A stretch of 63,437 nt of DNA, counting the filler, from Folioceros fuciformis (lineage: Eukaryota): the NCBI GenBank assembly GCA_049999805.1. It is 7 parts of 7 records of this genome, joined end to end, with 100 filler letters (N's around TTAATTAATTAA, not from the genome) between each part and the next. Parts side by side here need not be neighbours in the genome. Positions count along the whole stretch, not along the records: positions 1 to 21,478 come from JBNGIO010005428.1; 6 more parts are not named here. One strand, 5' to 3'. Position numbers and translations under genes: made by a program. This document shows, one piece after another, positions 1 through 12,500 of this stretch; position 1 is the first letter of the stretch, and every line of letters starts with the position of its first letter. The notes beneath the pieces were generated by a model. It saw nothing but the letters and a program-made list of their open reading frames with translations, ran no database searches and was not told the origin of the DNA.

Positions 1-444
1 TATATATGCTGCCAGGTCCCGCATCTTGGAGGAATGCAGTGCCTGCCACTCCGGGATCACAGAGAGCCACAGGAACTGGACGCCTCCTCCCTCCACAAAG
101 CCCCCACCCGTTGCTCTCCACTCTTCTTGTCCAGTCCCGCCGGCCCGCCCTGCTGCGCTTGCGGGACGCCAGGGCCTCCGCGGACTCCGAACACGGACCG
201 GACCGGACCGCCTCCTTGCAGGCTCTCTCGCGCTGCCATTGTTGCTCGCGTCTGTCGGGAGACGAGACGGGGAGCCACGAGGACCGCAGGCACAGGGGCT
301 TGGCCTGGCCCGGCGCCGCCCGGACCGACCGCACCGGCTCTCCACCTGCGCCTGGGAGCTTGCAGCGGGAGGAAGGCCAGGAATCGGTGCCGACGAGGCG
401 CGACAATTGTTAGAAGGCTTGGAAGGGTCGGCAAGGCAGAGCCA

Positions 445-495
445 AGGAAAGGAAAGGGACGCAAAGGGAAGGAAAGGAAAGGAAAGGAAAGGAAG
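445..495 (+). repeat. (GGAAA)n purine microsatellite upstream of PDR copy 1
   Basis: Imperfect aggaaaggaaag... run visible directly. Confidence 0.8.
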
Positions 496-647
496 GAGTG
501 GCAGGGGGAGATAAGCAATTTGATGCGCGATACACACCTTGCGCTGCGGCGTACACTGCCCCTTGCTCTCCATCTCGGCCGCGCTGTGTCCGTGTACCGA
601 CCAGGCATTGCGCAGCCACGTCCGCGGGGTGCTGCACCTGAGGTCGG

Positions 648-3600
648 ATGGCCGGGCCTGTGCCGCTCGACGGCGATGTCTTCCGCTCTGGGAGGATGAG
701 CGGCCGTTTTTCCGGGGGCTGGGCCGCCGACCCCGTCTTCTCCCGCTCCTCCACCGGCCGCCGGGAGGTGGACGATGAGGAGNNNNNNNNNNNNNNNNNN
801 NNNNNNNNNNNNNNNNNNNNNNNNNNNNNNNNNNNNNNNNNNNNNNNNNNNNNNNNNNNNNNNNNNNNNNNNNNNNNNNNNNGCTGCTGCAGGTCACGGA
901 GGAGGACAATGAGCGCTTCCTCAAGAATGTGCGGGAGAGGGTGGACTTGTGGGTTCCTCCACCTCCCTTCTAATTCCCCTTCTTTTTTTCTTTCTTTTTT
1001 CTTCTCTTTGAAAGATTCACGCAACCTGGAGTGGTCCAGGACTCTTGCTCACTCGTATAGCTCTCATGTGTGTGCTCTCCCTTCTCCCAGGGTCGGCATC
1101 GAGCTGCCAACCATCGAGGTGCGGTACGAGAACTTGAATGTGGAGGCCGAAGTTTACGTGGGGGAGCGGGCGCTGCCCACCCTCCTTAACTACATGGTCA
1201 ACGTCGTCGAGGTACCAATCTCCTTCACTTCCTGCTCCCGGCCCTCGCTACCACACTCTGCCTAGCTGCCACAGTGCCCGTGACGTGAAGCTGACGGAAT
1301 CGATTCTCCCTTGCTGCTGCTGCTGCTGCCGCTGCAGGATGTGCTGGGGATGGTGGGCTTGTCGACCGCCAAGAAGCGAACTCTGCACATTTTGCAGGAG
1401 GTTACCGGGGTTATCAAGCCAGCCAGGTATCTCGTCTTGCACTCTGCCTCCTCTCCTCTCCGCTGCCGATGCCGATGCCGATGCCGATGCCGCTGTGCCA
1501 TCCGTCCATTTCCTGAGTCTGCTCCACCTGACTGCAGGATGACGTTGCTTCTGGGGCCTCCTAACGCCGGGAAAACCACCTTCCTCAAGGCTCTCTCCGG
1601 GAAGCTAGATGACGACCTTAAGGTATCTTGCAACGCAACGCTGCAAGGAATTGCAATGATTGTCATGCTCCGCACCCTGCCCCCTTGGTCTTAACCCGCT
1701 TCCCTTCCCCTCCCCTCCACTCCCTTGCTTGCAGATGGACGGGGTGGTGACATACAACGGTCACCAGTTGAACGAATTCGTCCCGCAGCGAACGTCTGCC
1801 TACATCAGTCAACATGATTTGCAGATAGGGGAGATGACCGTCAGAGAGACTCTGGATTTCTACGGCCGATGTCAAGGCGTTGGCTCCAGATACGGTACCC
1901 GACAACACGCCCCCTCGCGCGCTCTCTCTCGCGCCAACTTGGTTTGGAANNNNNNNNNNNNNNNNNNNNNNNNNNNNNNNNNNNNNNNNNNNNNNNNNNN
2001 NNNNNNNNNNNNNNNNNNNNNNNNNNNNNNNNNNNNNNNNNNNNNNNNNTGCACCCATGCCGCCTTTCTTTGCAGACTTGCTCGTCGAGCTTTCCAGACG
2101 AGAGAAAGAGAAAGGCATCAAGCCGGATGCCACCGTGGACGCCTTTATGAAGGTGCACACTGCTGCTTGCCAAGGCCTTGTTCCAGCTCCTGTGCCGCCT
2201 CTCCAGTCTGGACCCCCCTGACGTTTCTCTTCTCTGCCTTGTGCCTTGCTTAATCAGGCCGCAGCCGTACAAGGTCTGGAAACCAGTGTCGTCACGGACT
2301 ACATTCTCAAGGTACACCACCATGCCGCCACGCTTCTTGTTCCCTTGTCGTCTTGTAATTTGGCTACGGCCTCACACTTACATGCATCGTGGCATAGATT
2401 CTGGGGCTTGATATCTGTGCGGATACGCTAGTCGGAGATGAGATGAGAAGGGGAATCTCAGGGGGCCAGCGAAAACGTGTTACCACTGGTTGTTACCACT
2501 TGCTTGCTCCTTTCCACCTTTTCTCCTTATCTTGCAGCTCCTACTTCGGCCTTGTACTGAAACCTTCCATGTTTTTTTCTTCTATTTAAATTATTACAGG
2601 GGAAATGACGGTAGGCCCTGCTAGGGCTATGTTTATGGACGAGATCTCAACTGGGCTCGACAGTTCCACCACTTACCAGATCGTCAAGTGCCTGCGCCAA
2701 TTCGTGCACTTTTACAATGGAACCATGGTGGTGTCTCTGCTTCAACCTGCTCCAGAGACCTTTGAGCTGTTCGATGATCTCATACTCCTGTCTGAGGGAT
2801 ATATCGTCTACCACGGACCCTGTGATTTGGTACTCGGCTTCTTCGAGGCAACAGGTTTTAAGTGTCCGGACAGGAAGGGAGTTGCGGACTTCCTGCAGGA
2901 GGTGATAAATCCTCCTCCGCATTCTTTCCCCTCATTTCGTGTATGGCGAGAAATGCAACCCTGATCATGGACACCGCACCATTCTCTTCCCTCACAATTA
3001 TGCTTTCCCTTGCATACAGGTCACGTCCAGGAAAGATCAACAGCAGTACTGGGCTGACAAGAGCAAACCCTATGCCTACGTGTCCGTGAAAGAGTTCGCA
3101 GCTGCTTTCAGGAAGTACCACATCGGGCAGAGGTTGCAAGAGGACATGGATGTTCCCTATGACAAAACCACAAGCCACCCGGCTGCTTTGGTCAAGCAGA
3201 AATATGCCCTCAACAATTGGGACCTGTTCAAGGCATGCTTTGACAGGGAGGTGCTTCTGGTGAAGCGCAATTCCTTCATATACGTCTTCAAGACAGTCCA
3301 GGTAGGCAACTCCTCCTCATCCATTTAGTGGCATTTTACGTAGGTCCTCATCCATATTGCATCCCTGATATTGCTGTTGGCAATCCGGTTGGGGCAGATA
3401 TCTATTGTGGCCGCTGTTACTGTCACTGTTTTCCTGCGGACCGAGATGCATCACAGGAATGTAGATGATGGAAACCTTTACATGGGGGCTCTGTTTTTCG
3501 GCCTGATAAACGTCATGTTTAATGGCTTTGCGGAACTATCAATGACTATTGTAAGGCTACCTGTCTTCTTCAAGCAAAGAGACTTGTACCTTTATCCCGC

Positions 3601-6600
3601 TTGGGCTTTTGGGTTGCCTGCCTTCCTTCTGAAGGTTCCCCTCTCAGCTTTCGAGTCCACCATTTGGATCATTCTAACCTATTACACCATCGGATATGCT
3701 CCTGAAGCAACAAGGTATGCTGCCGTCCAACTTTCTCAACTTCCCTTACACGTCCGTCAAGACGCTGCTCTCTGACCATTTTCATCTCCGGCATGCATGT
3801 GTCGTGGTGCATCCGCAGGTTCTTCCGCCAATGGTTCTTATTTTTCTGGGTTCATCAAATGTCACTAGGACTTTTCCGATTTATTGCTGCCATGGGTCGT
3901 ACCATGATCATTGCAAACACTTGGGGCTCGTTTGCACTCCTTGTCATTTTTGTCCTCGGTGGTTTCATCGTATCCAGAGGTAGGGAGAGAGTGGGTTTGA
4001 TGTCTTATTTTGGTTCTCTACTCCTTGAGCTGATTTGTAGAGGACATGCAGTAACCTGACGTGTATTGTGTGTCTACAGAAAACATCCATCCATGGTGGA
4101 TCTGGGGATATTGGATCTCTCCTCTTACTTACGGCCAAAATGCCGTGGCTGTGAACGAGTTTCTTGCACCACGCTGGCAGACGGTAAGGCATGAACTCTT
4201 GTGTCCCGACTTCGCTTCTCCTCTCGGGTAGTGTTTCTTGGACCCATGTACTCACCTCACCTAGTCCGCCCTTCTCAATTGCAGCCGTACAATGGATCGG
4301 TTACAGTTGGCAGACAAGTCCTCGAGGGCCGTGGTATCTTTGCAGAAAGTAGTTGGTATTGGAAGGGAGTCTGGTCTCTTATCGGTTTTATGGTTTTCTT
4401 CAACGTCTTGTTCATTTGGGCACTCACTTACTTGAACCGTAAGTAACACCGCTTGTTCACATGTCGAAAATGTGCGCTACTTCTGTTGCCTTGTACTTAT
4501 CTTTGATCCATCTGTGGTTGATACATTGATACACAGCCCTGGGGAAGCCTCAAGCAATCATCTCCGAAGAAGTTCTTGAGGAGAAACGAGCAAACCTGAC
4601 TGGCGGCGAGTTGCCCACCACTGAAATCCCAGAGCACAGGATATCGCTATCTGAACATGTGAATGGTTAGTGAAGTGTCTCTTTTTGAGGTGGTGATGGC
4701 GGTGCTAGGTCGTGATGCTGTGTTACTCAGTTCTTGGGTTCCATGGCACAGGAAATGATGCTTCCACCAGGCGGTCTAGCGTGTCAACTGCCGCCTCTGA
4801 CCGCTTAGATGCAATTGCCGAGGCAACGGGCTTAGCAAGCAAGAGGGGAATGGTTTTGCCTTTCCAACCACTTGCAATAGCTTTCCATAAGCTGAGCTAT
4901 TTTGTGGACATGCCTTCGGTAAGTCACGTGGTTGGTTTGGCCGCTCAGCTTTGTTTGCTCAAATGAGCTCAAATGCTTATGCTTGTGACTATGCTGAACG
5001 TGATTGGACTCCAGGAAATGAAACAACAAGGCGTCACTGAAGACAGGCTTCAGCTGTTGCATGAAGTTAGTGGTGCCTTCAGGCCCGGTGTGCTTACCGC
5101 ACTGGTGGGTGTTAGTGGAGCTGGAAAAACTACTTTGATGGACGTTCTGGCCGGACGGAAAACTGGAGGTTATATTGAGGGAGATATAAGTATTTCTGGC
5201 TACCCGAAAAACCAGGAGACGTTTGCCCGTATTGCAGGGTACTGTGAGCAGAACGACATTCATTCGCCCTTTGTCACTGTCTACGAGTCTCTCGTATATT
5301 CAGCCTGGCTCCGACTTTCGAAGGATGTCAATCGGAAGACTCGGCTGGTGAGTTAGCTGGACATCACGTCTAAGGGTGTTAGTTTTCTACGATTCTTCTT
5401 CCATGCGTGTCATTACATGCGATTCCAATGATGGCGTCTGTTTTGCAGTCATTTGTAGAGGAAGTGATGGATCTGGTTGAACTTGGTCCCTTGAGAAATG
5501 CTCTTGTGGGTATACCGGGGGTTACAGGACTCTCGACCGAGCAAAGAAAGCGGCTGACGATTGCTGTAGAGCTCGTTGCAAATCCGTCCATTATATTCAT
5601 GGACGAGCCAACTTCTGGGCTGGATGCTCGTGCCGCAGCTATTGTTATGAGGACAGTTCGTAACACTGTTGACACAGGTCGTACGGTTGTGTGTACCATA
5701 CATCAACCCAGCATCGACATCTTCGAATCGTTTGATGAGGTACATAGTCTTGACCTGTTTTGTTTGTACAACTTGAACTAAGCTGTGGTTTTCATGCATT
5801 TCATCTTACAATCCTGATGCGTTTGTTTTTACTTCATGCAGCTGTTGCTGATGAAAAGAGGAGGGCAAGTGGTGTATGCTGGTCCACTGGGGAAACACTC
5901 TCGCAGGCTTGTGGAGTATCTTCAGGTTTGGCCTACTCTTCAGTGGATCTGGATCCCTAATCTGCTTGCCGATTATGGAATGGGCTTGGTCCATCTCCTT
6001 ACAATTCCATTCTCTAAGTTTCCATCCTCTTAATTGCAGAGCGTTGAAGGAGTTCCGAATATTAAGCCTGGCTACAATCCAGCTACTTGGATGTTGGAAG
6101 TCACGTCAACATCTCAGGAAATTCGCCTCGGAGTTGATTTTGCACAGGTGTTCAAGGAATCTCAAGTCTATCAGTAAGTTTCCGCGTTTCTTTACCTCCT
6201 GACGAGTGACGTTAGTTCCAAGTGCGAGAGAAAATGGATTGTTGTACTTGCTAACGTGTCTCTCGTTTGCAGACGTAATGAGGCGCTTATCAAGGAACTG
6301 AGCTCACCACCACCCGATTCGAAGGACCTGTATTTCCCTACCAAATACTCACAGACATTCATCACCCAATGTCAAGCTTGCTTGTGGAAGCAGCACAAGT
6401 CGTACTGGCGAAATCCACATTACAATGTCATCAGAATCTTCTTTACGGTAGTGTGCGCGCTACTGTTTGGCAGCATTTTCTGGGATCTTGGACAGAAACG
6501 GTAAATGTCTTCCATTTCAAGCTTTTGATTTTACACAAGTAATCGTTTGTTTTCTGATGGTTGATCTTTGTTGGTGCGCATTTTTGCTCCAGTGATAGTG

Positions 6601-7582
6601 CTCAAGAAGTCGCCAATATCATGGGCGCCATGTATGCTGCTGTTTTCTTTATTGGGGTTAACAATGCCAACACGGTACAGCCGATTGTGGGAGTTGAGAG
6701 AACTGTGTTTTACCGAGAACGAGCAGCTGGAATGTACTCCGCACTGCCTTACGCTTTTGGTCAGGTAAGAGGTTCACGGCATGAGTGACGATGGGTCCGT
6801 TTTCCACCCTCTTGTGCTATATGTATGTGCGGCGCTTAACATTTGGGCTGTCGGGGTTTTGCAATATGTAACTGATATTATTTGTGAACTTTTATGATGC
6901 CTGCAGGTGGTCATTGAACTCCCGTATGTGTTAGTGCAAACTCTTCTCTACTCTCTCATAGTGTACGCGATGATCAACTTCGAGTGGACTGCAGCCAAGT
7001 TTTTGTGGTTTGTGTTCTTTATGTATGGCACTCTTCTGTACATGACAATGTATGGGATGATGACGGTGTCTTTCACTCCCAACCATCAAATTGCTGCCAT
7101 ATCATCAGCAGCATTCTATATGTTTTGGAACCTTTTCTCAGGCTTCATAATCACCCGGCCAGTAAGTTTCCAATCACTGAAAGATTTGAGCTTTGTCTGT
7201 TGCCATGGGTTTGAATTTGAGAGTCGAATGCCTCGAGGTGTGCAAAAATGAACACAGGGGGCTGAGCAAAACTTTTACATCTGCTGACATGGATGCTTGG
7301 ACTCTTGTGCAGAACCTGCCTGTATGGTGGAGGTGGTATTATTGGTGCAACCCGATTGCCTGGTCTCTGTATGGAGTGATCACTTCTCAGCTGGGTGACG
7401 TGACCTCGCAATTACGACAGGCAGACAATGTTAGGACATCCGTCAAGAAGTACCTTGAGGATTCCTATGGCTTTCATCATGACTTCCTCGGGTGGGTGGC
7501 CCTGGTACATGTTGGGCTTGTTGTGTTGTTCGGATTCGTCTTCGCCTACAGCATTAAGCATCTCAACTTCCAAAAGCGGTGA
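648..7582 (+). CDS. Full-size ABCG / pleiotropic drug resistance (PDR) transporter, copy 1 (multi-exon, two N gaps)
   Basis: Exons give the N-terminal FSRSS..DDEE, NBD1 Walker [10 protein letters not shown], signature [28 protein letters not shown]1, [11 protein letters not shown]2 [58 protein letters not shown], and the C-terminal LNFQKR* (stop 7580-7582). Introns are GT-AG. Confidence 0.96.
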
Positions 7583-9572
7583 CGGGAGCGAGACTTCCCG
7601 TCAGCCGAATAGAATTTTCCCAGGCTGCTGCAACCATAGTAGGTTCTCAGGCAATGACCTCGCCTCTGTGGAGGATTGGGAGAGTTTGAAAGGGGCCCTG
7701 CGCACGGAACTTTAGTTCTTGGCAACTTGAGCAGTTTGCCCTCGACACAGAGAGATCTTCCCGGCTGTCATTGGTGCGTGACAACCAGCCGGCTTTGTAA
7801 TAGTTCCCTTCTGTATTTTTGAAACCTCGTAGCACGAGGTTGTTCTCTATCCTGGAGCAAATTATTATTCGATGATATTGCGCAGAATTGTGGACAATGT
7901 TATTCAAATTTGTTTACATCGGTGTATATAGTACCTTTTACGCCTCAGGCAGGTTGAAGGCTTCTTTTCGGTGTAAGGCTTCTTGCTTGTTGACAGAAAA
8001 TACCGTTCAATACCTCGTATTATTTGGTGTAAAGCTCAATGTTTCTGCAGAAATAGCATTCACTCCTTCGACTTGGTGTAAAGCATAAATGATACAGCCG
8101 AATCTCGGCAGACATTTCGGTTATCCTGTATGTTGAAAAAGGATAGACATTATGGTGGCCAGGCGTCTGGGGCGCACGGGCCGTGGACTCACGATCCAAT
8201 TAGGTGAATCCATGCATGCCGTTCGTTCCTTGGGAACTGTGTAAACGCCTGCAAACCTTGTTTAGGTTGTGCGGGATTCCAGCGAATGAATGACCGTGGC
8301 CGTGGCTGTTGTGGTGCTCCAGACGGTAGGAAAGCTAGGTTGTGGCCGACTGCGCAGGTGGTTTGCTTTAAGCACATGTTAGCGGAGGCTGGAGTGAAGG
8401 TTTGCCAAGAAGCGAAGAACATTTGGTGTCTGGAGGGATGGCTTTCTCCTTACTGGCAAAGGCGCCTTTCATTTGCATCAATCTTTCCGTGGTGGAGTAA
8501 TCGGGTGCGGCGTCAAGTCCCGTGACCTACCTACTCCGCGTGGCAACAACGATGCGGCGTTGTGTCTCTTCTGAGATCAACTCCGCCTGGGCCTCGCCTG
8601 GCGGAAGGGAAGGGAAGGGTAGGACTTGGAAGTTGAAGGTAAGATGTATTTAGCGAACAGGAGCAGGAGCAGAAGCAGAAGCAGGAGGCGCAGAGGTGAG
8701 GGCCAAGGGTGTTACGGGGCATGCCGCCTACCACGTCCACCTCTCCACGGACGCAGGCGCAGGGACTGCAGGCGCCGGCAACCTTTCAAGGTTGTGGAAG
8801 GTGTGTAGGTGAGAGAACGATTGCGCGGTGGTGAGGCAGACGGGCGCGCAATTATAACGGACACGAGTGTATGAGTTGATAACAACGTGATGTGCCTCGT
8901 TACCTGGTGGGGAATCAAGGTAACTTAAGTCACGCACTGCTGTGCCGCGCCCCGCCATCTTTTAATTTGCATCACATCCCAGGACTTATCATCACTGGCA
9001 CTGGCCAGCGGCCAGTGCCCGGGATGATGCGTCTTTGTCTTTGTAACTGACAAAGGGGGCGGGGTGGAAAGAAAAGTGAAGCATAGCATAGCATACACGC
9101 AAGTGAGAAAGTGTGGTAAGTCGGTTTAACTAACAGTACCAAGGGCAAGTCCAGTAAATGTGCGAGGCCGTCGGCCTTCTCAGTGTGCTGTAGCCTGCCC
9201 CTTGCAAGAGCGAGGTGTGAAAGCGATGTCCGCAGGCCTCCCACTTCTCCCCCGTCGCGGCATTCCGCTTGGACGGGCGCCAAACGCACCAACTGCACCT
9301 GCCTAACGGCGGACCTGACCTGAGAGCCGTGTGACGGTCTCGCATGCGCGGCACCTCACAGCCGCAGCCGCAGCCCGGATGTGGAGCGGGGGGTAGGCTC
9401 TGAGGCTGCGCTGCGTTTGCGTCAATTACTCACCCGCATGCATCGGTGCCTTGATTCTTCTATACTGCAGCGTCCTCCGTTCCGAGAGCCCGCCGCAGGC
9501 CTGGAGCGTGGAGCCTGGAGGAGGACGAGAGTCGCGACTTGAATTGTAGCCGGATAGCTGGCCGCAGCGGCC

Positions 9573-12500
9573 ATGGCGGCCTCGGGCGATGTGGAATCGG
9601 ACCACCTCCGGACCGGCGAAAGGGGGAGGGGCGTCTTCCCCACCGCATACCTCTCCAGCGCCAACAGCGACGTGTTTTCCCGCACATCAGGCGTGGATGA
9701 GGTGGATGATGAGGAGGCGCTCCGCAGGGTGGCCTTGGAGAAGCTCAAGAGGACGCCTACCTCTACACGCAAGGCGATGGAGAGGCTGGAGAAGCTCCCT
9801 ACTTATGAGCGTGTCAGGAGAGTGGTTTTGCAGCACTTGGATACGGACGACAAGGATATCGACGTCAGTAAATTGGGACGCGCGGATCGACAGACCTTGC
9901 TCGCCAACATACTCCAACTCAATAGCGGCCAGGGTAGCCAGACCTTCCTTCAGAACGTTCGAGATCGCTTAGACAAGTGAGTGATCAGGAGTGAGCGAGC
10001 TCGTCGGCCACCGATTGCGACTGTCTGTCTTTATTCTGTGTGTGTGGAGGCGGGAATCATGAACTCTAATAGAATTTCGGATGATTGTGCAGAGCCGGCA
10101 TTGCCTTGCCTACCATTGAGGTGCGGTATCACCAGCTCACCATTACAGCTCAGGTGCACATTGGCCAACGGGCACTTCCAACGCTTATCAACTCCACACT
10201 CAATGTCGTCGAGGTGACTTTCCTTTCAGTGCAGTACCTACTCCGAGTCGGAGGAATTTGCTTCATCCCTCCTTTCCTTCAGCACCAAGGTGCGCCGGAA
10301 TAATGATTTACTCCTAGTTATTGCCTTGGATTGGTCTCTTCAGGGAGCGTTGGAGAGAATTGGTTTGGCGCCATCCAAGAAGCGGAAGCTTACTGTTCTC
10401 AAAGACGTGAGCGGGATCATCTATCCTGGAAGGTATTCCACACTGTTTCTCTACTCCCAATTGCTAGCGCATTTTAAATTCTCCTCAGCCTGCTCATTAT
10501 TTACCTATTACGCATTGACAGGATGACTTTACTCCTTGGGCCACCAAACGCTGGGAAAACCACTTTCCTGCTCGCTTTGGCGGGAAGATTAGACCCCGAA
10601 CTGAAGGTATCTCGGACTTACAACTGCTCTTCAAATTTACGTTCCAATGTCTTGGGTCTCCGTTCAACTTGGGTGCCTTGCCTCTCACTTATCAACAGTG
10701 CAGACAGATGGCCGTGTCACATACAACGGCCACGATTTGAAGGAATTTGTTCCCCGAAGGACCTCGGCATACATCAGCCAGTACGATGTGCAGGACGGGG
10801 AAATGACGGTCCGTGAAACACTCGATTTTTATGGCAGATGCCAAGGTGTTGGTGCAAGATACGGTAAGACTCCAATCAGCAGATGCACCGTCACACCCGG
10901 CGATAACCAGCTAGCTAATTTCTCCGTAGGCTGGATCCTTATTCAAAAGTCGGCAACGTTGACGATACCGACTGATATCTTTCAGAAACGCTAGTTCAGC
11001 TTGCAAGGGCCGAGAAAGCGTCGGGAATCAAGCCAGATGCGGATGTGGATGCCTTCATGAAGGTAGTGTGAAGTGGTTGCAAGGTCTGAGTTGAGAGTGA
11101 CGGCTTGCCAGCTTCCATCAAGTTACAAATCTGTATAAACCCGTGAGCTCAATCGTTCGCAGGCGGCGGTTGTGGAAGGAGCTGCGACCAGCATCATAAC
11201 TGACTATATTCTCCAGGTAAGTCATCGTAGCTTGTGCTCCCGGTCACTGGGGATGTGCCACACACTTTTTACGTGTCGCTCATCGTCACAGACGTTGGGC
11301 CTGGACATTTGCGCGGACACGTTTGTTGGAAACGAGATGAGGAGAGGCGTCTCTGGCGGACAGCGAAAGCGAGTGACTACAGGTTACTTTTGTTTTGTCA
11401 GTTCTTCGTCCTGCTGACAATGATACCAAAAGCGACTGATGGATTTCCATGGATGTCCAAGTGGCTCACTAGTTGTGGGTGATGTTCAGGGGAGATGTTA
11501 GTCGGTCCCGCCAAGGCTCTTTTCATGGACGAGATTTCAACGGGGCTTGATAGCTCGACCACATATCAAATTGTGAAATTCCTGCGTAATGCTGTACATT
11601 CTTTAGATGGAACAATGGTGGTTTCCCTCCTCCAGCCTGCACCGGAAACCTTCGAACTATTCGACGACCTCATACTGCTCTCGGAAGGCCAGATCGTGTA
11701 CCAAGGACCGCGTGATCTGGTTCTGGACTTCTTCAGAGACATGGGATTCGTTTGCCCGGAGAGAAAGGGTGTGGCCGATTTTCTGCAGGAGGTATGTAAA
11801 TAGCTCTTGGAATCTGCCTGCTCAGACACGCCTGTGACCGTGCCTTCACAAATGATGGCTGCGGATAACACGACATCTGGAATTTAGGTGACGTCAAAAA
11901 AGGACCAAGAGCAGTACTGGCATGATCAATCCCAACCGTACGCTTACGTCTCGGTGGCCACCTTCGCACGTCAATTCAAGAGCTTTCATGTGGGGAAACG
12001 GATCGGTGAGGAAATGTTCATCCCCTATGACAGGGCAAGAAGTCACCCTGCAGCGCTAGTCAAACAGAAATATGCTCTTAGGCGATTCGACCTATTCATG
12101 GCATGCTTCTCCAGAGAGGTCCTCCTACTGCAGCGGAATGCTTTCGTCTATGTCTTCAAAGTTGTACAGGTAAGGTTTTGTCTCAGATTTGAGTGTTTCC
12201 GCCTAGATTCCCTTATGTAGCGCGACGGATATTTTTGACTGAGATCTCGATCTTTCACCACTCTCCATTTCACAGATAACCATTGTCGCCAGCATCAGTA
12301 TGACGGTGTTTCTTCGTACAGAAATGCATCACGATGCTGTTAGTGACGGAACTAAATACATGGGGGCTCTTTTTTTCGGCTTGATCAACGTGATGTTCAA
12401 TGGCTTTGCTGAGCTGGTCATGACAATCGACCGACTCCCAGTGTACTACAAGCAAAGGGACCTGCTGCTATACCCGGCCTGGGCATACACTCTACCTACT

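Noticed and set aside
6-699. Long overlapping GC-rich ORFs upstream of PDR1 (similarly 8531-9420 and 48857-49626)
   Set aside because: Low-complexity, stop-poor promoter/UTR sequence with no recognisable domains
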